A stretch of DNA of 32,000 nt, taken from a bacterium. Its GTDB lineage: Bacteria; UBP7; UBA6624; JBBIMK01. The stretch's first letter is position 1; each line of letters starts with the position of its first letter. The notes beneath the pieces were generated by a model, which had not been told where the DNA came from, searched no databases, and was given only the letters and a program-made list of their open reading frames with translations. Shown piece by piece: positions 9,502 through 17,578 of the stretch. The position numbers were made by a program, and so were the translations under genes. Where the stretch lies: positions 61,837-93,836 of the forward strand of contig JBBIMK010000005.1 of NCBI GenBank assembly GCA_037444445.1, in the 5' to 3' direction.

Positions 9502-10314
9502 TTATGGTTTGATATTCTTCTTTTCGTGGGCAGAAGAAGTAGCCCGAGAGTTTTTCACTGCAATCAATTGAGCGAGAATGGAGACAGCGATTTCTTCTGG
9601 GCTCTTGCCACCGATGGGCAATCCAATGGGTGCGTGAACTCGTTGTAGAGCGGATTCTAAAATGCCCTCTTTTTTGAATTCGTGGACAAATTGGAGCCAT
9701 TTAGATTTGGAGCCCACCATTCCCAGGTAGGCGACGGGCTTCTGGCAGTAACGACGAACGAGGGATTTATCTATTTCATGGTCCCGGGTGACGATGACGA
9801 TGTAAGTGTTTTCATCCACCGGTGGGATGTTTTTTTCGAACTCGGGGTCGGTGAGAATGACTTTCCGGGCGCCGGGGTGGAGCCCAGGGGTAGCGAACTC
9901 GGGTCGGTCGTCCACGACGGTGATGGAAAAGAGGGCTGTGTCACCGGTCAGGCGTGAAAGAGCGCGGGCAATATGCCCCCCGCCGAAAATCAATAATTGG
10001 GGTGGCGGATGGAAAGCCTGCAGGAAGACTGTGGCTTGCCCCGCACAGTACATCCCTGCTTCCGAAGGCGTCAGTAAGTATTCCTTCAGCAGGGTTTTCC
10101 CCTCTCTCATCAGGTGGAGGGCATCCTGGATAACTTCCGCTTCAAAAGTTCCACCTCCGATGGTTCCTTCACCGGAGGAATCGGGGAAGATAATCATGCG
10201 GGCACCCGGCTCCCGGGGCGAGGAGCCCTTCACTCCCACCAGTTCAGCGAGAACGAACACTTTACGCTCCTCCAGCAGGTCTGCGATGCGCCGGTGAAAT
10301 TTTTCTTCCTCCAT
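9502..10314 (-). CDS. XdhC/CoxI-family accessory protein (molybdenum-hydroxylase maturation factor family)
   Basis: 270 aa. The N-terminal XdhC_CoxI-like segment reads LAELVGVKGSSPREPGARMII ... GTIGGGTFE. A Rossmann-like C-terminal half reads LLIFGGGHIARAL ... YLGMVGSKSK. Confidence 0.8.
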   Translation of the reverse strand: MEEEKFHRRIADLLEERKVFVLAELVGVKGSSPREPGARMIIFPDSSGEGTIGGGTFEAEVIQDALHLMREGKTLLKEYLLTPSEAGMYCAGQATVFLQAFHPPPQLLIFGGGHIARALSRLTGDTALFSITVVDDRPEFATPGLHPGARKVILTDPEFEKNIPPVDENTYIVIVTRDHEIDKSLVRRYCQKPVAYLGMVGSKSKWLQFVHEFKKEGILESALQRVHAPIGLPIGGKSPEEIAVSILAQLIAVKNSRATSSAHEKKNIKP

Positions 10315-10363
10315 TATCGCCGTTACAGCACGGGGTCAGGGGTGGATGGACGAATTCGTTCCA

Positions 10364-11806
10364 TCAGTATGGGATAGCCGTGCGAATGCGCCTCAATACC
10401 TTCTCTTTTCCTAAAATCTCCATGCAGTCAAAAAGAGGTGGAGACGCATCTTTCCCGGTGATTGCCACCCGGAGGGGCTGGAAAACTTCCTGAGTTTTCA
10501 GCCCAGAATCCGAAACGAGTTGTCGCAAGGCTGGCTCAATCTTCTCCCTGATGAAAGGCTCAATGAGGTTCAGGACTTCCAGGACCTGCTGGAAAATAAC
10601 CGGGATATGGGGGTTACTCAAATACTTTTTCTGTAAGGTCGGGGGAATTTTCACCTCCTGGAAGAAGAAATCCGCTTTCTCCGCGATTTCACCAAAAGTT
10701 TCAATACGTTCCAGGAAAAGGGGAGCGATACGAGGTATGAGAGATTCCTGTGCAGGGGACTGGAGAAGACCTCCTTTCTGGAGAACCTTGCACAGGGCGG
10801 ATTCAAACTCCTGCCGGGGCATCTGCCGGATGTATTTTCCATTCATCCAATTCAGTTTTTTAAGGGAAAACCGGGCGGGGGAATGGTGAAGACGCTCCAG
10901 TTGGAACGCCTGAATCAGTTCTTCCCGGCTAAAAAATTCCCGCTCACTCCCCGGGGACCAACCGAGAAGAGCGAGGAAGTTGAACAGTGCCGACGGGAGG
11001 TAGCCCCGGGCACGGTAGGCTTCCACGGATGTGGCGCCGTGGCGCTTGGACAGCGGCGTTCCATCCTCCCCGTGAATCAGCGGCAGATGGAGAAATTCCG
11101 GCGGTTCGTACCCAAAAGCACGATATAACAGCAGTTGCTTGGGGGTATTGGAAAGATGGTCTTCTCCCCGGAAAACATGTGTAATTCCCATGGCATGGTC
11201 ATCCACCACCACAGAGAAGTTATAGAGGGGGCTACCGTCCTCCTTCATAATGGAGAAATCACCCACTTCCTCACTGAGGAAGTCCACATCACCGCGGAGG
11301 CGGTCGTGAAATCGGATTTGTTCACCCATTGGGGTTTTGAAGCGAATCACCGGCTTCAGCCCCTGGGTTTTCAGGGCTTTTATCTCCTTCGGGGTGTAAT
11401 CCCGGCAGGGGTGGGGTTTGCCGGGTTTGGGGGCTTGACCGGGCTCACAATAGCAGAAGTAGGCTTTTCCCTCTTTCAGGAGTCGTTCCACATGTTCCTG
11501 ATAAAGGGGTTTTCGCTGGGATTGGAAGTATGGGCCGCAAGGGCCACCCACATCCGGTCCTTCATCCCAATCCAGTCCCAGCCAGTGGAGGCTGTTGAGG
11601 ATAGTTTCCACGAATTCCGGGGCGGAGCGTTGCACATCGGTATCCTCAATCCGAAGGATAAAAATCCCGCCGGTGTGACGAGCAAAGAGCCAATTATAAA
11701 GAGCGGTTCGGGCGTTCCCGATGTGCAAAAGGCCAGTGGGGCTGGGAGCGAAGCGGAGCCGCACTTTCCGTTCCCCTGCAGGAAGAGAGCCTCTGTCCTG
11801 CATCAC
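10364..11806 (-). CDS. gltX: Glutamate--tRNA ligase
   Basis: 480 aa. Motifs: RLRFAPSPTGLLHIGNARTALYNWLFAR (HIGH motif), PLSKRHG (KMSKS-type), DDHAMGITHVFRGEDH. Its ATG overlaps the stop of the upstream RidA-like gene (ATGA). Confidence 0.96.
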   Translation of the reverse strand: MMQDRGSLPAGERKVRLRFAPSPTGLLHIGNARTALYNWLFARHTGGIFILRIEDTDVQRSAPEFVETILNSLHWLGLDWDEGPDVGGPCGPYFQSQRKPLYQEHVERLLKEGKAYFCYCEPGQAPKPGKPHPCRDYTPKEIKALKTQGLKPVIRFKTPMGEQIRFHDRLRGDVDFLSEEVGDFSIMKEDGSPLYNFSVVVDDHAMGITHVFRGEDHLSNTPKQLLLYRAFGYEPPEFLHLPLIHGEDGTPLSKRHGATSVEAYRARGYLPSALFNFLALLGWSPGSEREFFSREELIQAFQLERLHHSPARFSLKKLNWMNGKYIRQMPRQEFESALCKVLQKGGLLQSPAQESLIPRIAPLFLERIETFGEIAEKADFFFQEVKIPPTLQKKYLSNPHIPVIFQQVLEVLNLIEPFIREKIEPALRQLVSDSGLKTQEVFQPLRVAITGKDASPPLFDCMEILGKEKVLRRIRTAIPY

Positions 11807-12279
11807 ACCGATTTCTCTCCCTTCCGGATTTTCACCACCATAGAAATTTCCACCGGGGAATTCATAGGCAGGGAAGCCACGCCCACGGCTTCCCGGCTGT
11901 GTTTGCCTGCTTCTCCGAAGACTTCCACCAGTAACTCAGAGGCACCATTCACCACCAGTGGATGGGCGGTGAACCCCGGGTCGCTTGCGACATATCCGGT
12001 GAGACGGACGATGCGTTCCACCTCTTCATCGGCACGGAGTTCTGAACTCAGGATAGAAAGAAGATTCAACGCACTCTGTCGGGAAGCTTCCTGCGCCTGC
12101 TGAAGGCTTACCTGTGTGGGAACTTTTCCCTCAAATAACAACTTACCTTCCTTCAATGGGAGGGTGCCGGAAAGGAAGAAGAGGTTCCCCGCTCGCACCA
12201 CTGGCACATAACTTGCGATGGGTTTTGGCGGTTCCGGTAGCACAATCCCTTTCACCTTCAAAGTTTCTCGCCAATCCAT
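11803..12279 (-). CDS. RidA/YjgF/UK114-family protein
   Basis: 158 aa. Pattern typical of the family: YVPVVRAGNLFFLSGTLP ... RLTGYV ... ARSAVGVASLP-like segment (SREAVGVASLPMNSPVEI). Confidence 0.85.
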   Translation of the reverse strand: MDWRETLKVKGIVLPEPPKPIASYVPVVRAGNLFFLSGTLPLKEGKLLFEGKVPTQVSLQQAQEASRQSALNLLSILSSELRADEEVERIVRLTGYVASDPGFTAHPLVVNGASELLVEVFGEAGKHSREAVGVASLPMNSPVEISMVVKIRKGEKSV

Positions 12280-12395
12280 TTCTCTATTATTCTAACATAA
12301 AGGAAGAGGTGTATGACGCAGATGCCCAACTTTGAAGTGCTGGGATTTCGCTTCCCATCGTTCAGCCTGATAAAATTAGATAGAGTTAAACCCGT

Positions 12396-13592
12396 ATGAC
12401 ACTTCCGTGGGTATTTATTTTTATACCATTTGTTGGGACCCTGGCGGGGTCGGTTGTGAAAACGGCGGTGGCGTTCCAATCTCGCTCTCTTGGCGGTTTA
12501 GGGTGGCAGGTGGGCGCTCTCACTTCCGGATTTATGCTGGCTCGTGCCCTTTCTTCGCCTCTCTTCGGGTATCTCATGGACCGGCTCACCGGAGATTCGT
12601 CCCGGAGAACTTTTTTCCAGCGTCTTTTTATCCTTGCCGGTCTACTTCTTTTCGCTCTGACTTCTATCTTTTTCCTTCTCACTCCTTTCATCTGGATGCT
12701 CATCCTTCTGCGCACACTCCAGGGAGTGTGTGCGGGGGTGCTCTGGCCCACGATGCAAACCTATGTGGCGGAAAGTGCCGATGCTCAATCATCGGCGAAG
12801 TGGCTGGCCGTCTATTTCATTTCTGGAGAGCTGGGTTTGTCGCTTGGCTATCTCCTCTACGGCTCTTTTTTTACAGGCTCGTTTTCGGGAGCTATGGGGG
12901 CGGGAATTTTTTTCTTCCTGCTCACCGCCTGGAGCACGCGGTATCTTCCTTCTCCGCGTCCAGCAACGAAGGCTGGCATTTCACCTGCCCTTGCGAACTC
13001 CCATTTCTACACTTCTGCCTGGCTATACCTGACTACTTTCAGCGCAGGACTGGGAGTGGGGCTTACTGGAGAACTTCTCCTTATTTACCTGAAAGAGGTT
13101 CAAGCATTTACCGTTTCGGAGACCACTTATCTTCTTTTTATAGCAGGTGTGGTGGGGCAGGGCGTCAGCCTTTATCTATCCCATCTGGCAGGTCAAGGGA
13201 ATTTAGAAGCGGGATTGCATCGCAGTCTTCTGCTGACGGCCTCTGGTGCTTTCCTCCTTTCTTTTCGCGGAGGTTTTTATACCACCTTTCCCGCTCTACT
13301 TTTCCTTTTCAGCGGACTATACAGTTTTTCCCCAATTTCAAGGGCTTACGCAAGCCTACGGTCCTATAATCCTGCCACGGTGATTGGTTTCCTGAACACG
13401 GCTGGCAACCTCGGAGGATTCCTCTCTCCACTCCTCGGGGGGTATCTCTATGAGATTTTTCTTCACAAATCGGCGGGTGTTTTTTCTCCTTCTGCTGCAC
13501 CCTATTTGCTCCTCGCTATCCCTCTTTTAACCCTGGGAGTGCTTCGCCCTTCCGTCTGTATTCAAAATCAGGAAAATAGAAATCACCCGTGA
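12396..13592 (+). CDS. MFS transporter
   Basis: 398 aa and highly hydrophobic, with about 12 predicted TM stretches. An MFS motif-A-like loop, FGYLMDRLTGDSSRR, follows TM2. Confidence 0.8.
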   Translation: MTLPWVFIFIPFVGTLAGSVVKTAVAFQSRSLGGLGWQVGALTSGFMLARALSSPLFGYLMDRLTGDSSRRTFFQRLFILAGLLLFALTSIFFLLTPFIWMLILLRTLQGVCAGVLWPTMQTYVAESADAQSSAKWLAVYFISGELGLSLGYLLYGSFFTGSFSGAMGAGIFFFLLTAWSTRYLPSPRPATKAGISPALANSHFYTSAWLYLTTFSAGLGVGLTGELLLIYLKEVQAFTVSETTYLLFIAGVVGQGVSLYLSHLAGQGNLEAGLHRSLLLTASGAFLLSFRGGFYTTFPALLFLFSGLYSFSPISRAYASLRSYNPATVIGFLNTAGNLGGFLSPLLGGYLYEIFLHKSAGVFSPSAAPYLLLAIPLLTLGVLRPSVCIQNQENRNHP

Positions 13593-14248
13593 GAGAAATT
13601 CGGGAAATTCTCATCCTCTGGATTTTGACGATGGTTCGGGTCTGGATTCCTTATCTTCATTATAACCATCTCGCCGGTGCTGTATGGGTTATGGCTTCGC
13701 TGTTTTATCTCCTCTCTGTGCAATATGCCCGGTGGAAGTCAATAAAAGCCCTTCCTGCGACAGAATCCTCACTGGCGAAAGAAGGTGGTATTCGCTGGGA
13801 TACTTTTTTCCCCTGCCTTCGTGTTGTATCGCCATTTCTTGTTGTTTTTATATTCCTGATTGTTGTAATTTATATCTCGGAGGGGCAACCGACACTTTGC
13901 CGAAATCTACCTCTCCGCTATCTCCTCTATTTCCTGTGGGCTTTATTTCAGCAATACCTTTTGCAGGGTTTCATCGTGGTGCGACTGCGATCCTTCGGGA
14001 AAAGTCGGGTGTGGACAGCATTCCTAACGGGGTTGATTTTCGCCAGTGTTCACCTACCCAATCCAGGCCTCACGGTGGCGACCTTCATCGGTGGATGGAT
14101 TTTATCCTATGCGTTTTTAATTTACCCCAATCTTTTTTCTGTTGCCATAGCCCATAGCCTGATTGCTGTGAGTATGAAATGCTTTCTACCGAAGACCATT
14201 CTTGCCAACATGTATGTGGGGATTTATTACCTCTATCCGCCCCCTTAA
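13589..14248 (+). CDS. CPBP (CAAX protease/Abi)-family membrane protein with degenerate catalytic motifs
   Basis: 219 aa multi-TM protein. Motif 2 (FxxxH) is present as FASVH. The motif 3 His is present (AHSLIA). Motif 1 (EExxxR) reads QQYLLQ instead. The GTG start overlaps the MFS stop (GTGA). Confidence 0.6.
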   Translation: MREIREILILWILTMVRVWIPYLHYNHLAGAVWVMASLFYLLSVQYARWKSIKALPATESSLAKEGGIRWDTFFPCLRVVSPFLVVFIFLIVVIYISEGQPTLCRNLPLRYLLYFLWALFQQYLLQGFIVVRLRSFGKSRVWTAFLTGLIFASVHLPNPGLTVATFIGGWILSYAFLIYPNLFSVAIAHSLIAVSMKCFLPKTILANMYVGIYYLYPPP

Positions 14249-14289
14249 GAGGGGAGCAGGTGGAAAACCGGAAGCAGGAGGTCGGGAGG

Positions 14290-14472
14290 TTAAGTGGTAG
14301 ATTTTTTCTCTTCAGAATTTTTCAGGTATTTTTCCGGGTTTTTATCAAAGGCGATTTTACATCCCCGGGCGCAGAAGTAATAAGTTTTTCCCTGATACAC
14401 CGAGATAGCCGCCGCCTTCTCCGGGTCCACCTTCATCCCGCAAACCGGGTCGATTTCCATAGCCACAATCAT
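14290..14472 (-). CDS. YHS/TRASH-type small metal-binding domain protein
   Basis: Contains DPVCGMKV ... YYFCARGCKIAFDKNPEKY, the YHS-domain signature. I chose the start at ATG 14472 (MIVAMEIDPVCGM), which is preceded by AAGGGG. The track ORF begins further upstream at 14529. Confidence 0.7.
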   Translation of the reverse strand: MIVAMEIDPVCGMKVDPEKAAAISVYQGKTYYFCARGCKIAFDKNPEKYLKNSEEKKSTT

Positions 14473-14569
14473 CACCACCCCTTCAATTATACAACCCCGA
14501 CGATAAGTATTGGAAAATCTTACCTCCACATGGTAGATGCTTCACTGCGTTCTGCCTGACGAAAGGCAT

Positions 14570-14597
14570 TTGACTTCTGTGCCTGACCCCTTATAAT
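14570..14597 (+). promoter_or_regulatory. Sigma70-like promoter for the isocitrate dehydrogenase gene
   Basis: TTGACT (14570-14575), a 16-nt spacer, then TATAAT (14592-14597). It is about 37 nt upstream of the GTG start and is followed by a GAAGGAGG RBS. Confidence 0.5.
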
Positions 14598-14634
14598 CAC
14601 CATTGGACTTGAGAAAGAAGGAGGTTTTTAGAAG

Positions 14635-15663
14635 GTGAGATACCGGGTGGTACTGATTCCTGGGGATGGCACGGGGCCGGAAATTACGGAGGCAACGGTG
14701 AGGGTTCTGGAAGCCACGGGCGTGAAATTTGAATGGATGGAGTATTTAGTGGGAGAAACGGCGTTGAAGCAGAAGGGCACCCCATTACCCGATGAGGTGA
14801 TTGAAGCCATTCGTCAGACGAAGGTGGCGCTCAAGGGGCCTATCACCACTCCGATAGCGAGTGGATTTCGGAGTGTGAATGTGGCTCTTCGGAAAGCCCT
14901 GAACCTGTATGCCAACATCCGACCAGCAAAATATATGCCCGGCGTGAAATCCCGATTCCCGGAGACGGACATCGTGGTCATCCGTGAAAACACCGAAGAT
15001 TTGTATTCCGGGGTAGAATATTTTATGAACCCGGAGACGGCCATTTCGTTGAAAATCATCACCCGGGAAGCGTCGGAGCGCATCGTCCGTTTCGCCTTTG
15101 AGTATGCGCAAAAAGAAGGACGAAAGAAGGTTACCGCCGTCCATAAAGCCAACATCCTGAAGTATAGCGATGGACTCTTTCTGGAAGTTGCCCGGTATGT
15201 GGCTCAACAATATCCCGACATTGCATTTGAGGATCGCATCGTGGATAATATGTGCATGCAGTTGGTGCAGAAGCCGGAACTGTATGATGTTCTGGTTCTT
15301 CCGAATCTTTATGGCGACATTATTTCGGATTTATGCGCTGGATTGGTGGGGGGGTTAGGGGTGGCGCCCAGCGGGAATATAGGCGATGACGGCGCTCTGT
15401 TTGAAGCGGTCCACGGCAGTGCTCCCAAGTATACCGGTAAGAACAAAGTAAACCCCACCGCCCTCATCCTCACAGGCGCTATGATGCTCAAGTATTTGGG
15501 TGAAGCAGAAGCGGCACTGACAGTGGAACGAGCCGTCCGAAAAGTCATCGCGGAAGGGAAATTTGTCACTTATGACCTGAAGCCGAACCGGGATGACCCT
15601 ACCGCCGTAGGCACATCCCAGATGGCGGATGCCATTGTGAAAGTCATTAAAGCTGGCATCTAA
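14635..15663 (+). CDS. icd: Isocitrate dehydrogenase, NAD-dependent IDH3-like (isocitrate/isopropylmalate dehydrogenase family)
   Basis: 342 aa. Motifs: [92 protein letters not shown]. The pattern closely resembles IDH3-type enzymes. Homoisocitrate specificity cannot be excluded. Confidence 0.88.
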   Translation: MRYRVVLIPGDGTGPEITEATVRVLEATGVKFEWMEYLVGETALKQKGTPLPDEVIEAIRQTKVALKGPITTPIASGFRSVNVALRKALNLYANIRPAKYMPGVKSRFPETDIVVIRENTEDLYSGVEYFMNPETAISLKIITREASERIVRFAFEYAQKEGRKKVTAVHKANILKYSDGLFLEVARYVAQQYPDIAFEDRIVDNMCMQLVQKPELYDVLVLPNLYGDIISDLCAGLVGGLGVAPSGNIGDDGALFEAVHGSAPKYTGKNKVNPTALILTGAMMLKYLGEAEAALTVERAVRKVIAEGKFVTYDLKPNRDDPTAVGTSQMADAIVKVIKAGI

Positions 15664-15817
15664 CCCCCCGCTTACGCTCCTTCCCGAGTCATCCTCATAA
15701 AATACTCAGAATTTTGGGACCCCTTCACATCGCCTTATGTATTGAAATATCGGGTTTCCACCACAGGGATTTCAGAGAGTGAAGGGGGCAGAATTGCAAG
15801 AATTTTCTTTTTCCCTG

Positions 15818-15826
15818 TGGTATGAT
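15818..15826 (+). promoter_or_regulatory. Extended -10 element (TGgTATGAT) upstream of the alpha-solenoid gene
   Basis: TG at 15818-15819 and TATGAT at 15821-15826, 21 nt before the ATG at 15848. A GGGGGTGA RBS lies between them. Confidence 0.35.
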
Positions 15827-15847
15827 GGTAAATGGGGGTGATAATTT

Positions 15848-17563
15848 ATGAAAGGATGGGTAAGGGTGGGGATGAGTGTGGGAATTTTGCCGATGTGTCT
15901 CGTGGCTGGCGCAAAATCTTTCGGGCAGGATGTGGCGCCCCTTAGAGCGACAAGTTTGATGGAAGAAGCCCTGAGTATGACGGAGAAAATAGAGAATCCC
16001 CGGGATAAAGCCTTTGCCCTTCGTCATATCGCCGGTCAAGCGGCAAAAATAGATAAAGCCCTCGCACTTTCCATATTTGAACGAGCGGCATCGGAGGCGG
16101 AGAAAATTGAAGATGCCAGCCAGAGAATCTCAGCTTACCAGGAAATCGTTCTGGACCTGTCGGAGATGGATATGGACCGGGCTATTGCAATAGTTCAGAA
16201 AATTTCAGATGAAACAATGCAGTCCTTTGTCATCCGCGACATCACTCAGCCCCTCACTGAAAGGGATGTGGAAGAAGCTATGGCGGTGGTGGAGAAGACT
16301 CCAGACCCCGGTCCCAAAATCTCTGCTTTGATTTCCATAGCCCAGAAACTGGCGAAGAAGGACCCGGCGCGTGCTCTAACCCTGGTAGAGAAAATCCGGG
16401 ACCCCAATCCCAGGTCTATAGCGCTATATGAGATTGTTTCTGAACTTTCTCAAACCCACATTCGCCTTGCTCTCACGGTGGCGGATTCAATTCCTGACCC
16501 TTTTTTCAAAGCAAGTGCCCTCAAAATCATTTCTGCAGAGCAGGCGAAAACCGATGTGGAAGTTGCGAAGAAAATGGCTGAGGAGATTCCCGAGCCTTAT
16601 GAAAAAGCAGATGCTTTGAGTCGCATCGGCATAGAGGTCGCAAGGACTGACACGAAGGGCGCCCTCACCTTTTTTCAGCTCGCCCTGCAAGAGGGGGAAA
16701 AAATTTCTGACCCTACCCGAAAGGTTCACCTTCTCCTACCCATAGCCAGAGAGATGGTGAATTGGGACTCGGCTCGTGCTCTGGACATATTTGACCGTGC
16801 CATTCAATCTGCAAAGAGAATCTATGATGAGGGAATGAAGGATAGAAACCTGCAGGAAATCGCTATTGCCCTTGCGAGCATAGATTTTGACCGAGCTTTC
16901 AAAGTGGCGAATGAAATCTCCAATACCTGGATCCGGGCGGAGACCATTCGTATTCTCATCGTTGAAATAGCCAAAAAAGATGTCCCCGGCGCCCTGCAAA
17001 GGGTAGAAAGTATTGAGGATTCAGACTTTAGAGCCTCCGCCCTGTTGAGTCTCGCCACAGAAGTGGCAAAAAAGGATATGGGGCTCGCCCTGCAGATTGC
17101 AGAGAAAATCGGTTTACCCTTCTGGCTTGCCCGGGCTTATGGGAACATCTCCGTAGAAGTGGCGCGCTACAATCTTCCTGCGGCTCTGGGTATCGTGCAA
17201 AAAATCACCACCACTAACGACAGGGATAAAGCCTATCATCATATCGCTGAACTCCTGGCAAAAACGGATATAGAACAGGCTATAAATTTAACGGAAAGAA
17301 TTCAGGATAACGAGCGGAAGGGCGAAGCCTTGCATACCCTCGCCCTGGGACTGGCAGAAAGGGATTTCCAGCGAGCCCTGGGGCTGGTGGAAAAGATGAC
17401 ACCCGACTCCGATGAGAAGCGAAAAGCCTTGCTGGACATCGCATCGGAATTAAGGGGGAAGGACCTGAAGCAAAGGGAAAAGTTGCTGGAGCAAGCGGCA
17501 GAAATCGCCCGTCAGCGGCAGGATGCCATCGCCCTGGCTGAAGTGGCTGTGTTTTTCCTGTAG
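15848..17563 (+). CDS. Exported alpha-helical repeat (solenoid) protein, about 15 tandem ~32-aa repeats, unknown function
   Basis: 571 aa. The N-terminus is signal-peptide-like (VGILPMCLVAGAKSFGQD). The rest is a repeating unit of the type K-I-x-D-P-x-x-K-x-x-A-L-x-x-I-A-x-x-L-A-K-x-D-x-x-x-A-L-x-L-V-E. Confidence 0.7.
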   Translation: MKGWVRVGMSVGILPMCLVAGAKSFGQDVAPLRATSLMEEALSMTEKIENPRDKAFALRHIAGQAAKIDKALALSIFERAASEAEKIEDASQRISAYQEIVLDLSEMDMDRAIAIVQKISDETMQSFVIRDITQPLTERDVEEAMAVVEKTPDPGPKISALISIAQKLAKKDPARALTLVEKIRDPNPRSIALYEIVSELSQTHIRLALTVADSIPDPFFKASALKIISAEQAKTDVEVAKKMAEEIPEPYEKADALSRIGIEVARTDTKGALTFFQLALQEGEKISDPTRKVHLLLPIAREMVNWDSARALDIFDRAIQSAKRIYDEGMKDRNLQEIAIALASIDFDRAFKVANEISNTWIRAETIRILIVEIAKKDVPGALQRVESIEDSDFRASALLSLATEVAKKDMGLALQIAEKIGLPFWLARAYGNISVEVARYNLPAALGIVQKITTTNDRDKAYHHIAELLAKTDIEQAINLTERIQDNERKGEALHTLALGLAERDFQRALGLVEKMTPDSDEKRKALLDIASELRGKDLKQREKLLEQAAEIARQRQDAIALAEVAVFFL

Positions 17564-17578
17564 GGTCATTATCATTTT

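Noticed and set aside
11135-12103. A 322-aa ORF on the + strand.
   Set aside because: It lies entirely antisense to the strongly supported gltX and RidA-family genes. The translation is low-complexity (G/H/R/S/F-rich) with no recognisable motif. This is the typical shadow ORF of a codon-biased gene.
12407-13369. A 320-aa ORF on the same strand as the MFS transporter, in a different frame.
   Set aside because: The 12396 frame gives a coherent 12-TM hydrophobic protein with an MFS motif A. The alternative frame gives an R/S/P/G-rich sequence with no features.
15977-17530. A regular ~96-nt periodicity that could be mistaken for a repeat array such as CRISPR or a satellite.
   Set aside because: The periodicity is at the protein level (32-aa helical repeats) inside one uninterrupted ORF. 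The DNA copies are strongly diverged and there are no identical direct repeats or spacers.
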